Assembly: GCA_965153455.1 (NCBI GenBank)
Contig: OZ234493.1
Location: forward strand, 24,108,213 to 24,172,212
Length of the DNA stretch: 64,000 nucleotides
Direction of reading: 5' to 3'
Source of the DNA: Sphagnum compactum
Taxonomy: Eukaryota
Both the position numbers and the translations under genes were made by a program. Under the pieces are notes generated by a model. It saw only the letters and a list, made by a program, of their open reading frames with translations, made no database searches and was not told the origin of the DNA. Within the stretch, counting starts at the first letter, position 1. Every line of letters begins with the position of its first letter. Shown piece after piece: positions 50,751 to 64,000 of the stretch.

Positions 50751-53700
50751 ACGTTTGTATTATAACCCCATAATGTATGGATTTTCAAAGTTTGCCATGT
50801 TTAATTACTACAACAGAGTTGTGAATTGATTAAAATAAATTGACTCTAATTATTGACGAAGTGAAAAGTTTAGTACGTGTGAAGGTGTGAAAACCATTCA
50901 TGATTGAAGAACTACAACTATAGTGTATTACATATGCTTTATTTTTATATTTTAATGTGTACATTGTTCATCCTAGTACATCATTAGTATACTAACAATT
51001 CCAGAGTACAAGCATTGTCTATTTAATCTTGCATGCTTAAACATACACTTGAGCTAGTCACACCACCCAAAAGTTTTTAAAAATGTAGAGATAAATACAC
51101 AAGTAATCAACACATGCAACAACCAACCAACCAAACTAGTTCTAAATCAATGGAATATAGGAGTATGTGAAACTAAAGACTATGCACTTGTCTAACATTT
51201 GCAAACCTAGAACTTAGGAACACATTCATCTTTCAACATTGGGAATTTATGTTTCAAGTGATGACAAGGGGATGCTTGGGAAGTTGAACAATACTAAGGA
51301 GATGGAGGGAGTGTTGTTAACCTTGGGTCAATCTTTTACTTTCTATTTAGGAGCTAAGTAATTTAAGGGGCAACTTGGTAATTTTTATCACCAAGAATTA
51401 TTATCTCCACTTTTTGGGGGATAAAGCACTTTAATTTAGCTAACTTCTAAGGATGGTAGGTAAGAAATCAACCACCTACCTTCTAAAATGTGGTAGTTGG
51501 TTAATTAGTTGCTTAGAAGGTAGGAGATAATTTGAAAAAAAAACTAGGAGGACTAGTTAGTTTAGTGGGACATCTAGTGGTGGTCTTTTTTGGGTATAGA
51601 CGAGGGAGGATTAATTCAAAGGGTTAGAAAATCTCTTATTCCATGGCTCTTTCTTCCTTTGTTTGTTTGATTTTTTGGTTTTGGAATGGGATTTTATTTT
51701 ATTTTCCCTTCCATTCTCTTTATTCTATTTTTTTTGACCCCTATCTATCTATCTATTGTTTTTTCCCTTTAAGGTAATAGTTTATATTGATTATGGTATA
51801 AAGGAAGGGAAGGGATGGTAGTCCTTGGATGTACCTAAATGGAAACATGAAGGCAATAAAATAAACGTGCTTGAGCACAAGCTTTCTTCTCTCTAGATTC
51901 TTCTTGAGTTTTTAATTTCTACTATTTTGGTAGGATGGTAGGAGGGTGGGGTAGATGGTAGGAGAGAACGCTAGAAGGTGGCCATTCTTGGGACAAGGTT
52001 GTTTACTTCTTAAATATGTGTTTCATCAAAAGAGTCCTCTCTTAAGGGACTATACATGTTGTTGCCCTATGGAGGTAATTATATTACAAGGTAGAATTAC
52101 CATCCCCTTGTTTACCAACTAAACTATGGTCTATTCTTTTGATGTAACTAACTTACTACCAAATTATGATTACTTATTTAGGGAATGAAAGTTAGGATGG
52201 GGAGGTAGGATATTGTCCAAGGAACATATTTTTACTTTTTTTCATAGTCACTTTATTATTTTGATGTGAGTAGTTGTAGTAGAGTAAGAAAGGTAGTGAA
52301 TTAGTTTTCTGATCGTGTAACATTATCTTTCTGTGGTATGACCTTCCAGCTGAAGGTGATTACTAGGGACCTAATTGGGCATTATTTACATATGTCAATT
52401 AAGGTAGGGATGTCCCTCCTAACAACCTTGTTACAAGCTAATGAAAATTCGATTTTTTTCTACTTTCAAGTTAATGGACGTTAAGAATATATTTTTATAT
52501 TGTCAAGTTATGCATATTATAATCGTAATACATCAAACTTCCAATATAAAAGTAACTTTAAAAACCATTTTGACAAATTGGTTTCAAATCTACTTGTAAC
52601 CTACTTTTATTGTTCTAATTTTTTTCAATTTTTTAGAACTATGGTCAACTCCATTTATTTGAGCATCACAATTTGGGTGAAAAATCATGAAATGGAGGTG
52701 TAATCCAATTGTTGGTGGATTGGAATTGTCATAAGTTATAGTTCTTACAAAAATGAATATTCTTTCTTTTTTGAGAGTGTGTGAGAAATGGTGATTAATG
52801 TGTAACATATTCATACTTGCCAAGATTGGATGAAATCAACAAATCAAGCAAAATTTGCTGGGAAAATGCATAAACCTTCCTAATAAGATAATTATTGTTT
52901 TTTATTTATAGCAGTTATGCCATGAAATTTTCATTTATACTAATGTATTTGCAAAAATGTTAGTGTGAAACCATGTAAATGTTTCTTGTATGTCATATGT
53001 CTACAGAATGATTTCAACACATTGGAAGAAGGTTTGAGTATGAAGAAATGAGAATAGGAACACAAAAATATGGTGAAAAAATTGCCAACAAATATGTCAA
53101 AGGTTTTTTTGTGTACACATAAACTTCACAAATTGTGGCTGAAGCCCCATTTAGGTATTTAAACTACATTTCATGTCCCAAAACATACTTTGAACGGGGC
53201 ACAAAATTTTTGTTCAAAGTACTTATGAAGTTGGAACATTAAAAATAACATACTATAAGAATAGTGATCAATTGAAATTATCCAAACGATTAAAATTGCA
53301 AAAAAATTGATGTTTATGACATAATTATCCTTGCAAACATGTGTAATATAAGTTATTCATTTTTACAATATGATTGTGACTTGATGAATAATAACAATTA
53401 AGGTGGTAATCATAAAGAGCTACTACAAACTAAATCATAAGCAACTAAATTGTAATGTGTTATAAATACTATTTTTATTTTTATTAAAATATTCTAAAAA
53501 TTTACCAATTGATCCAAATAATTTATTAAAATAATTATTTAGGGTGTTCAACAAACTATTTAGATATTTAATTGTTGATTTAACTCCATGTTCAACATAG
53601 TTTATCATTCCAAATTGATCACCATTTAACCTTTGAATATTTAGTTTCAAAACTTCTGCATTATGCCATGTGATCATCCTTTCAGGCACACATATTGTGT

Positions 53701-53981
53701 CATGTATTCTAATTATGTATCCTAATTATAATTAGATAATTAATGTGTCAAATTTTTCATGATTGATTGGGATGATTATGGGTGTTGCCATAACGGAACT
53801 TTATGCTAAACATGCCACATCAATGTTATGGTTATGATGACTTTAGTTAATTATTCTTTCTACCGTTTTCGCACATAACCAAATCTTGAAAACAACTATG
53901 ACATCTTATTTTTAATTTAAGACTATCCGTGAAGTTAGTGATTTTATTCAAGTCATGTAAGTCCAAATATGTAGTACACTA

Positions 53982-54158
53982 CTACCCTGGCAGCTTTAAC
54001 AATAATTATATTATTTTCAGAAATGATTTCAAAATAAAAAAGAAATAAAAAACTTGTGAAGGAAAATATTGAAACTTCAAGAATATTTTATTTCTCAAAA
54101 TGAAACTTTCAAAATGAATTTGTTACTTGACAACAAAGTGTCAAACCAGCCAAGGTAC
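53982..54158. mobile_element. Second, more diverged copy of the 44.3-kb MITE
   Basis: Shares ATTTTCAGAAATGAT, GGAAAATATTGAA.CTTCA.GAATAT and the terminal GCCAAGGTAC. Confidence 0.8.
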
Positions 54159-56560
54159 TTCGGTGTTTGAAATTGTTGTCATTTTACTGAAAGTAAATAA
54201 AAAAATCTACTGGCTACAATTGTAATTTGAGGCATGATAAAACTTGGGAGGCTATTTAATTTTTTTTTATAATGCCAATAAGATTCTAAGATCAAAACTT
54301 GCAAACTATAGGCTTATGAAAATTCTTGTAAGGCTCAAACTAAGGATAATTCCTTTGGATGGATAGTTGATTCAGGCATTTGTGAACTTTCTAATTTATG
54401 ATACCTACTTGTTTAATGGCTTAAAATTGAAATAAAGTCGATAATCAGTTGTAGTAGCCGAAATTGAGGGCATTTTCTTGCCAAAGTAATGGTGGGAGGA
54501 TGGAGGGAGCCATGTCAATAACAAAACTAGTAAAAACCAATGTCCATTTAAATGGTCAAGGTAAAATTGAACATTGAAAAATAGGGTTTAATAGGTTTTA
54601 TGGTGTCTAAATTGGAAAGATCTCTCACACAATATATAAATTCCCTAAAGGCAAGTTTACTGAAGTTATTCATGTAATGTTAGAATGGGGCTTGTATGGT
54701 ACACCATACTTTTTTGCTTGAAACAAACACCACCTAGTCTACTACAAATGCTAAGTCCTATGTCCTAAAATCCCAACAAAATACACCTACCATTGACTAC
54801 AAACACCACTTTCGGTTTGAAAAGTCCATAACATGAGTCTTCATCTCTCCAAAGTAAGTAGACTACTTTGTTAGGAAATCCAGACTTAATACAATCTTGA
54901 GTTTGAGAGGTGTCTCTTGGGGGCCATTTCTTGGTTAAGAGATTGGTCCAATTCTACTTGTAACATTATAAACATTTCCTCGTCAAGAGAAAACATTTCA
55001 TCTACACATCTCCTCACATCGGAGCATTTAGTTACAAGTACATGTTCAAGAATGATGCACACCCCCATTCATTGATTTCAATTTGTTAGAGACAAATTTC
55101 ATACATTGGAGGTTAAAGTCATGGGGATTTAAAAATGGCTGTTTTTCAGCATGATGTAATATGACCGAATCGGCCTGCCTTGCCAATTGTGCAAGCGGCC
55201 TATTCTGCTGCACTCCTCCTCCCACCCCATGCTCCCCACAATTTTCCCTCGTGGTTCTCTGATTTTAACCTGGTTCCCTCATGTTTTAAAGTCAGGGAGT
55301 GGGCAGGGTTCAGCTGATTCTGGAGCCAAGCAGCCTGTGGCCAAGCCTGGCAGTAGCCCCACTCGGCACCATGCTTGGCCACAAGCTCACTAAAACCCTG
55401 CCCTGCTACCTAGTACTTTGAAGGATGACTTTTTGAACTTGCTGCTAAAACCTCTACCTCAGACTGTGGGATAGCTCCATTTGGCATGAATAGAAGAAAA
55501 GAAAATGCAGATTTTCTACAACAGAAATATTGGGTTTCAGTGATTGTGGAATATCTCAATGTGAAAGTCCGACTTTGTGGACAATTGGAGTCTTTCATGA
55601 AAGTATCATCCCTTGAGTTAGGTTACTCTTCAAAGTTTACAGAGGCAACTCATTGACAAATTGAATGTGATGCCATCTTCAAACTGTCATGAAGGTTGTC
55701 TCAAAAACTTTTCATGGATGTGAAATGCAGAGAAACATGAAGATCTTCATCAATTTCCACAAAACTGGCCACTTCTTGTCCTATAGTCTAAGAACCCTCA
55801 ATTCTCAATGATCTGCAACACATTGAAGTTGGACACTGCCAAGCTTTCAACACGCAGTCACATTAAGGGATAGAAGAATTGAATGCTCCCAAACACCCTA
55901 CAACTGCCTTGTCAACATCCAATTCTCTTAAGGACAATTGACTATGGGCCCACTTCGGCATTTTGAGAAGACACCAAAATGCACACATTGGGCTAAAAAC
56001 AAACCATAGCATTGTTCAGCATTGTTGCCATTTGATACAAGTTTATTCTTTGAGAGCGTATCAACATATTGATTTGCAGTATATATACCAAGACAATATT
56101 GCTCTGAGAGTTACTAGACCCTTAAGATTTGGGTGAACTTTGGGATTCACTTCTCAAAAGATAATTTGCCAGGAGTGAGAAACACAGCAACATATGGATA
56201 TAAGTACTACAATTCCATGTAAGTGTACCCAAAAGACAGTTTGTTGTGTTTACCTCATTGGAAGTTTGTCCCTGTGGCAGAAGGTGGATAGTGAAGTGCT
56301 TTGAAAAGTTCACAAATTTTCAGGGTGTAGATTAAAATCTACACCTTGAAAACAGGACATAATATCTCAGACCAAGCCAAGCTTCACAAATGAATACGAT
56401 AATTCCAAATTGTACCTAAAAAATCTGTAATATATGATGGGCCCATGGTGGAGTTGGGCTCCACATGGACTTAGCTCCCTTTAAAAATGCCTCTCTGCGA
56501 GAAAGGGTCCTGCTGTCAAATTATGAAAACTCTCAGATATCAGATATGGGAAGGAAGAAA

Positions 56561-56582
56561 ATGCATGGAGTCTATTTCTGAT
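56561..56582 (-). promoter_or_regulatory. Putative miR538 target site in the MADS-box gene 3' UTR
   Basis: Plus strand ATGCATGGAGTCTATTTCTGAT versus recalled ppt-miR538 UUGCAUGGAGUCUAUGUCUGGA: positions 2-15 and 17-20 identical, so the minus-strand mRNA is complementary. Confidence 0.8.
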
Positions 56583-56795
56583 TTCAGTATTGTGGATCAT
56601 CCCATCTCATTGATGTTTCGCCTGCAAATACAAGAAATCTTTGGTCAGAAATATGGAACTACACCAAAGAGGATTGATGAAGATGCACAAACAAAGACAT
56701 AGTCGATTCTGAGTGAGTAAGTTTTTGCTCTGCATATGTTAGATGCAAAATAAGAGGGCCGATCAACTGAAGGTGATGCACATTTTTACATCCCA

Positions 56796-59700
56796 TCAGA
56801 GGTATATGTCCCCACTACTGCTACCTTCTGGTTCAGCTGGACTTTGTTGAGATGGCCTTCTGCTTGAGCTTGGACGAAATGGCTCAGAGAACAGCCTGTT
56901 CATATGTGCACCATCGACAACAAAATGGGCCAATCTGTCAGCATCTACAATTTTGCTAATACCAAGGCTTTGGCACAAGCAACACTGCACACTCCGAATA
57001 ACAAGATGTGAGACACTGGGTTCCAGGTTTGTACCCTAAATGTAAAGAGGTTTGTGATGTCTGTGGGTCTTGAAGATTTGGATGAGAGGGAATCACTGTT
57101 GGTGCTGTCTGGGATCTTCCTCCAGAATCCCTAGCTGGCATGTTGTGCTGGGCTGGACTTGCTGAAGGGCCAGCCAGGGCAACTGCTTCTGCTATCTCTG
57201 TAGCATCTGCGAGCTAAGCCATCAAAGAAATTTTATGTGAGAATTGATGCACTTGTAAGAATTTCCTATTGCTTGGGCACACTTGATATGTTCAAAACCT
57301 TCAGCAACTTTGACCTAAGAGACTCCAGGGACCTATTTGGCAGCAAAACAATTGAACAATGCATATTCGGAAGCTATTGTTCTGCCAGCAGATTTTTACC
57401 TTGCGGAGCAGTTCAGCATTTTCCTGTTGCAAGTCATGCTCCTGCAACATGAAGATCTATTAGTCCAGCCATCTACTTTCATCAGGACCAACAAAATGGA
57501 GCTCATCAGGTGCATCTTCAGGCAAGAAGTTGCTTTAGGTTGTCATACTTCACAATACAATGGAAAGTTTGAACAAGCAAAAGCAACAGAACCAAAAACT
57601 TGTTTTTGTACTGGAAACCATCAAACACATTCAACACAGGAGTGTTAGGAGATGAATGTTACCTTTCTCTGAAGATCCTCAATTTCTTCAAGGAGGAGCT
57701 GATTCTGTAAAGATAAACCACAAGACACTCTGTCAGGATGATGCTTTTGCACCTGATAAAAAGGTCCATTGAAACTGGTACATGTTTATAATTGAGCAGA
57801 GGCATCAAGGCCAAAGGCTATCCAACACAATGGAGAGTGAAATGAGCAGAGACCATGAGCAATAGGATTCTTTTGCATTGGGTGGAGTTTCAGAATCTGG
57901 ATTGAAGAGGAAAACCCCCACTGCCACCCTCACAGTTACCTTCCTTGCCTGAACACGAGAAGATCCCATAGCTAGCTGCTGTTCTAGCTGCAGCAGTTCT
58001 GGCACAGTCAACATTGAAAGATCCTCTCCAAGCATATGCCTGGATTAAGAAAAAGAATATTATTCAGCTTCAAATGTGCCATGACCTAAGCAGATTGCTG
58101 CACAGTTCATTCTGGCAACTCCACAGATCTGAATCGTTCCAAGCTAACAAGCACTGAATTCCTGGAGAAAGAAAATAATATTTATGAAAAAAACCCAAAT
58201 GTAGCAACTGTGACACCTTATCTATGGTATCTATCACACAATTCCATACAAGTGAAACTTTTTAACTGTTGTCAATTGGAACCCAATGTTGTGTTGCTGC
58301 AGGTATATCATTATCAAACATAGAAAACATGGAGAGCAGGAGATCACCTGTATGTGCTTTGCAGCCTTTCCAATTGTTGCCTCAATTTAACAATTTCATG
58401 TCCCATCAACTGCAATCAGCACAACCATGTGACAAAGACATAAGCTGAATTCTTCCCATTGCTATGCAAGAAGCACACAACCAAAAAAATTGGGGGAGAG
58501 GGGGGAGGGGGTGATTCAAACCACCCGAGGAAAAAGCTACCAACTTATTGCAAATACTGAAAGGCAAGGCTCTTACTTCACTATTGCTGCCTGTTTGCAC
58601 TCCATCAGGGCACTTGCTGTATCTTTCAAGAATGTCTTGCATACTGCTCAATACCATCAAGAAGCAAAAACACTAGTTAGGCCAGGACTTTCTCACACCT
58701 GCAAACTTACAGTCACCGGTGGCCTACAGAATTAAGGTGTTGGGTACAGGAATTACTCACATACATACATTTTACTCACAACATCTCCTAGCTTTCTCCA
58801 AATACCCCAAGGAAATCTTTATGTTACTTCAGCCACTTGGAGGCCATGGGTTAAGGCTAATGAATTTTGGAGGAGAAGAGTTCACATGGAGATGGAAGCA
58901 GATGTGAAACCTGGAGGAGACAAAACTCCTCATGAACTAAACCAAACCAATAGGATCAAAACTGGGTTTGCAAATCCCTTTTCTTACATTACAACAAGGT
59001 GGAACTTGTTTTGAAGGCAATTACGATCTGGCAAATCGAGTAAAAAATTGTCCCCTAGTTGGTCTGTTTCTCAGCAATGCTGAGAACTTCATCAGCAGCA
59101 TTATTCTAGCAAGGACTGGATCACAAATTTAGGTGGAAATTGGTAAGGAAGAATGACTCCAAATTTAGGGTTGAGTCTTCCACCACATCCAAAATAAGCC
59201 TGGGCATGGCCAAAAAACACAAGTAATTGTAAGCAGGTCTCACAATGGAGACGCTAGGCGCTGTTTGACACTGCCCTTAGGCTCGGATCTAAGCAATGGG
59301 TTACTAGATGAGACAATTTTCTAGCGGTGGTTGCACATCAGCGATGGATGTGGTGCTGCTCGCCAACTTCCTGGAACGATTTGCCAGTTAGCTGTTGTGG
59401 GTTTTGCGGCATCACCCAAGACATACACAAATCTAGGCCAGAATTCCTCGCAAATACATGAGCTTTTCAGCTTCTGCTGAGTTCATACTAGTCGGACTCG
59501 GCACCATGTTCAGTTCGATCGGTTTGCCGCCCCGCCCACAATCTAGCTAGAATAAGATGGTCTTGTGGAGAGCAAATTAGAGATGTGAAATTGGGGAGCG
59601 ATTTCAAGACATATCGCCCTATATCACGCTCTAATTGTAGGAATTGCTCGCGAGTCGCGACTCACAGAATAAATGATTGTCGAAAACACTCTGCTACTTC

Positions 59701-60382
59701 GCGTTTCAAAGGGCGTGGTTCAGTGGACAGTTCGCCGAAACAGTCACATTTTCTTGCAACAGAAAAAAGGCAAGCCAAACCCACTCTCGGGAAGAACACC
59801 TCCCGCCACAAGAAGGATGAAGGAGTGAATGAAGGAGTGAAGGAGTGATGATCAGCCATGAAAGATGATCGTTTTCGGTCTCCTTGTAAAATGGAAAGGT
59901 TTGGGAATTCTGTTGTGTAGGTACTACATTTTGTAAGATACACGATCTTCTCTTTACTCGTCGAGTTCCGACTTCCGATTACTCATGAACAGCAGCTCAG
60001 AGCTCGGGATCAATCTAGACGAATTCCAAAGATCAGCAACAGTGGGATCAACTGACATTGCAGATAATACCGGGAATTAAGCCTGCAGCACTGGTGCCCC
60101 ACTCATGCTGCTACGCCAGCAAAGAAGCTCTCTCAAGCTTCTATCTCTCTCTCTGTGTCTCTCCGTGTGTGTGTCTGTTTCTCTCTGATCGTCCTACCTG
60201 CCTGAGCTGGAAAATTCAAACAGCTTCCCGGTGCTGGAGAATACAATGAGAGCCACTTCTGCATCGCACAGAACCGCCAGCTCGTGTGCCTTCTTCAACA
60301 AACCCCCGCGTCTCTTGGAGAATGTCACCTGCCTGCTCGTTGGATTCTCAATCTTCTTAATCTCTATTTTCCCGCGACCCAT
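56796..60382 (-). CDS. MIKC-C type MADS-box transcription factor (moss PPM1/PpMADS1-like), ~258 aa. Exons 60382-60198, 58643-58577, 58409-58348, 58039-57940, 57704-57663, 57441-57400, 57213-57035, 56895-56796
   Basis: MADS domain [44 protein letters not shown] exon [14 protein letters not shown] exons of 62/100/42/42 nt ([22 protein letters not shown]); C-terminal QTSLHLG. The last exon is less certain; unspliced read-through would stop at 56956. Confidence 0.95.
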
Positions 60383-61640
60383 AACCTCCTCCTCTGTTCT
60401 AAATTCCTCCAGCTCGCCCCCTCCCCCAACCCCACCCTCCCGCCCCTCCAGGGCCCCCAGCAAACACAATCAAACTCCTCCTTGAAGCTCTAATTTATCC
60501 TCCCAGTCCCCGGACTTTCCTAATTGCAATCTAACAACTCAGCATCTGATGATCTTTTTCCTGTGCGAACTTCCAAAGCTAGGAAGAGCTCTAGACTATG
60601 GAAACTTAATCAATTCCTCCCAAGCTGCACAACTCTAGCACTCTAATCCCAAAAAACTCTGACATCAAGTTTAAACTTTTCCTCAACCTCCCTTTCAAAC
60701 CACCATTTTTCCAATCACATCCCAAAGGAATCAAAGCTCATCACTTTTCGGATTCCTCCGGTCATTCTTGCTGATTCTAATTACTTACGAAAAGGAGGAA
60801 CTGGAACCCAAAAGCGCAATTGCATTTTCTTCTTCCCTACTTCTGCTAGTGCGAGTACCACTACTACACCACTCGTGAACCAAACCGCTCTCATGCAGTT
60901 CATCCCCACAGCATAACCTCTTAATGCAAAGTCCACAACGTCGACTGCAATACTGAACAACACCACCGCCCCCATCCTGACCACCACCATCACCACCACA
61001 ACACCAACAAAAAAAAAAAAAAAAACAACAACAACAACAACAACAACAGCAACAAGTAGTAGTAGTACTAGTACTGTGGTCAGTATTCAAATTCTTTTGT
61101 TTGCACAACAACATTTTTGTGGCGGTCGACGCTGCGAAGCTGGTGCAGCATGTGAAGGCAGGTTCTTGCTGCTGCAGGAAACGGCGCCGCAGCTTGCAGC
61201 TTGCCCCCGCAATGGGTGACGCTCGGCATGAGCTACGACTCGGATTTTATAAGGCACTACTGGGGGCGTGTGCCGGTGAGTCTGCATTTGGAGGAGGAGC
61301 ATGGTAAGAAGTATATCCCAGTTGTAGGAGTATATAGGACGTACTAGATAGTATCTCTCAAAATGTCTGTGTGTGCAAAATCTGTTGCAAATCTCAGCTT
61401 CTCGTCACCAAAATGTGATCATGAGTAGCATTCTTCTTCTCTTGTCAACAAGCTTGTGTAACTCCATCACTACTAGAAACCCGGCTGCCTTCCTTCCTCC
61501 CTCGCTTGCACCCTGTCTGTCTGTCTGTCTGTCTGTCTGTTTTGCCCAGCCAGTGGGAGAGCCGAGCTGGAAGCCCTAGACTAGGGCTCACCCCAACACT
61601 TGCAGGGTTCCAGAGATGGAAGGCCGCGGGAGGGTTCTGG

Positions 61641-61768
61641 AAGGATGCCAGAAGGACCTGGAAGGCCTGTGGTTGGGACCTCAAAGGATGCCAGAAGGAC
61701 CTGGAAGGCCCGTGGGAGGGACCTCAAAGGGTGCTGGAAGGACCTTGAAGTCCAATGGGAGGGACCTC
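61641..61768. repeat. 43-bp tandem repeat x3 upstream of the MADS gene
   Basis: AAGGATGCCAGAAGGACCTGGAAGGCC.GTGG..GGGACCTCA at 61641, 61684, 61727. Confidence 0.9.
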
Positions 61769-62246
61769 TGTACAATAGCTAGTACCCTGTTCACATGGTT
61801 TGGGAGCCCTACTGGACTGGACCTTCACTCAAGAGGGTGAAAGTACTTACTATCTTTCCAGTGTAGGTGCTGGTACCTACAGCCCACTGGTGCTTCTATG
61901 GTGGCAGCGAGGCCAGTGTCCAGCACTGCAGAATTGGGCCCACGTAATTCTACCATATGAAAAGGGTTTTAAATTTTTGTGTACAGTAGCTAGTAGTACT
62001 GTGAGTGAGGCCCCAGATAATAGTGCCTCTATATTTAGCCCAGGAAATTTGTAATTTACAGTCCGAGACCCTGGTTTTGTCTGTCTTAGGATGGTATATT
62101 TTCTCAAGCAACCAATCCAAATGCAGGGTACCCAATCTGGTACGGTACACAGTGAGTAAATTTTTAGTTCTTGGCAAGTGTGAAAATGGCATTTTGTGCC
62201 CTCAGAATGTAATGGTTGTCTCTTTTGGTCTGAGCTTCACCCCAAA

Positions 62247-62535
62247 TATGGAAAAGGTTGCAATTGTGCTCTTTGGGATGGTGCTCGGTTATTTATTCTT
62301 ATGTAGAGTGCCAAGTTTTCCACCTTCTGAAGGAAACAGGGTTTTCCAAGCAGGTGGAAATGTTACCAGGATATACCCGGATTGATAGAGGTGTTATGGA
62401 AAAGGTTGCAATTGTGCTTTGGGGATGGCTTTGGTTATCATATTCTTATTTGAGAGTGCCAAGTTTTCCACCTTCCTAAGGAAACAGGCAGGCTCTCCCA
62501 AGCAGGTGGAAATGTTGCCAGGATATACCCGGATT
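62247..62535. repeat. ~148-bp tandem duplication
   Basis: TATGGAAAAGGTTGCAATTGTGCT...GAGTGCCAAGTTTTCCACCTTC...CAAGCAGGTGGAAATGTT.CCAGGATATACCCGGATT occurs twice. Confidence 0.92.
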
Positions 62536-63971
62536 TTCATCATTGCCCAGTGCTGGGGGTGGGTACCAAGCTGCAACCCTGGGTATATAGCACTGCTCCT
62601 GGTATCAAAGAAGCAACCACACTGGTATGACCTGAGGCAACAAACACCAACCGCGTGGGTACCAGTACACCTGCCTGGAAGTGACTTGAGGCAATACTAA
62701 TTTAATACCAAAGGCTAGATTGACTCAGTACCCGGTAAGTATTAGTGTTGGCTGGTTATTGGTTCTTTTTCAATATCTGGTGGGCTGGTTACCACTTGTA
62801 AATTTTTTTAATTTTGGCTTATGCACAGGTAATCAAATAATCAGATTTTTGAGATTCACCTAGTATCAATTTACTGCAATGGTCAATCAACCAGGTTACT
62901 AATATTTTAAAAATTTGTTGGGTAAGAAGTACCTGGTATGCACAAGAAGGGCTGGCTTTCACAAGAAACTATTTGAGAACAATTGAATACAGTTAAATTT
63001 TTATTTTGATTTTCCTAAAGACTTATCCCACCCAACAACACTAGTGCACAAGTACTTTCCCTGCTACACAATGTTCAATTATGTCAACACTTGCATAATA
63101 ACCCTTGAACCCTAATCATGGGATGGAAGATTCAATTATATATATAAATGGAAATATACTTTGAACTCGTGGTCCTTCTCAAGAGAGAGATGAAGTAATT
63201 TGGTGACTATTTCCCAATCCGTTGGCATAATTCACATCAATTATGTTTATTTAATTTGGGGCTTGCTCTGGACTTATTCTTTTTAGTGTCCCCTATTTCA
63301 AACTCTGTTTAGCCTCCCCGGATCTGAATCAATAACTGCCTTGGGTGAATTTTAGTGGGCCCTGTAAGGATATAGGTAGGGTATATCATACCTGGAACTT
63401 GGACCCAGATTGATAACTGAGTTGACTCTCAAGAACTTTGAGCCAAACATTGTTTTTTTTTAAATAATCCATTGGGTGGGTTATCAAAAAAGTTGAGTAA
63501 TATCATTTGTTATGCATAAGAAATTAATAACTGTCAGTTAACCTGCTGCTTATACACCAGTTATACTAGGATTTCTATTTTATAACTTTATAATCTTATA
63601 TTATTATTATTATGATTTAAAGATTGATAACCTACTTGGATGATAATTGAATTGTATAGTAGGTTATTAGATTTTCAAATTTCAATACTAGATAGTTATC
63701 AATTTAAACAGCATAGTTCTTAATGTAAGCAATACAAGAGTACTGCTACAATTCTTTTTCCTCCAGTCTGCTCCCTTTTTTCACCTTAGCAATTACAGAC
63801 ATGTTTTGGGTCCATGTCATACACATTTGGAGTGCGAGGGCTATGTAACATGCTACAAGACTCTTGGCACATGCTACCCGGAATGTCATGAGGCCCTTGG
63901 TACTCATAACATGGGAGGTTATGGTGCAAAACATGACAAGGTGAAAAAGAACAGGGCAAAGGCGAGATTGA

Positions 63972-63992
63972 GGGGGGGGGGGGGGGGGGGGG
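63972..63992 (+). repeat. Poly-G tract
   Basis: 21 consecutive G. Confidence 0.9.
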
Positions 63993-64000
63993 AGAATTGC

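Noticed and set aside
60785-61114. ORF with poly-Cys/poly-Phe runs
   Set aside because: Translation of (CAA)n and poly-A microsatellites in the MADS 5' region

Overview
Eukaryotic, intron-rich plant DNA, inferred to be from a moss, probably Sphagnum (moss-type MIKC-C MADS gene, a site matching the moss miRNA miR538, and the repeat landscape). Four spliced genes are on the minus strand: a calcineurin B-like Ca2+ sensor (runs off the left edge), an ABHD18/DUF2048 alpha/beta-hydrolase, a plant coiled-coil protein and a MIKC-C MADS-box gene. Between them are decayed transposons (pogo-like, RLE non-LTR, Ty1/copia, a 291-bp Mutator derivative, MITEs). The most unusual part is 24.4-38.3 kb. It begins with an ~8-kb unclassified element carrying an array of about 25 hairpins, a decayed zinc-finger gene and 51/53-bp minisatellites. 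This element is fused directly to one arm of a ~650-bp inverted duplication of a small conserved plant gene. The two copies have complementary lesions, so an inversion between the arms would rebuild an intact gene. A cluster of orphan single exons (SEC14, FtsH12-like) follows. All exon boundaries were read by eye from GT/AG sites and frame continuity, and family assignments are from recalled motifs, not database searches.
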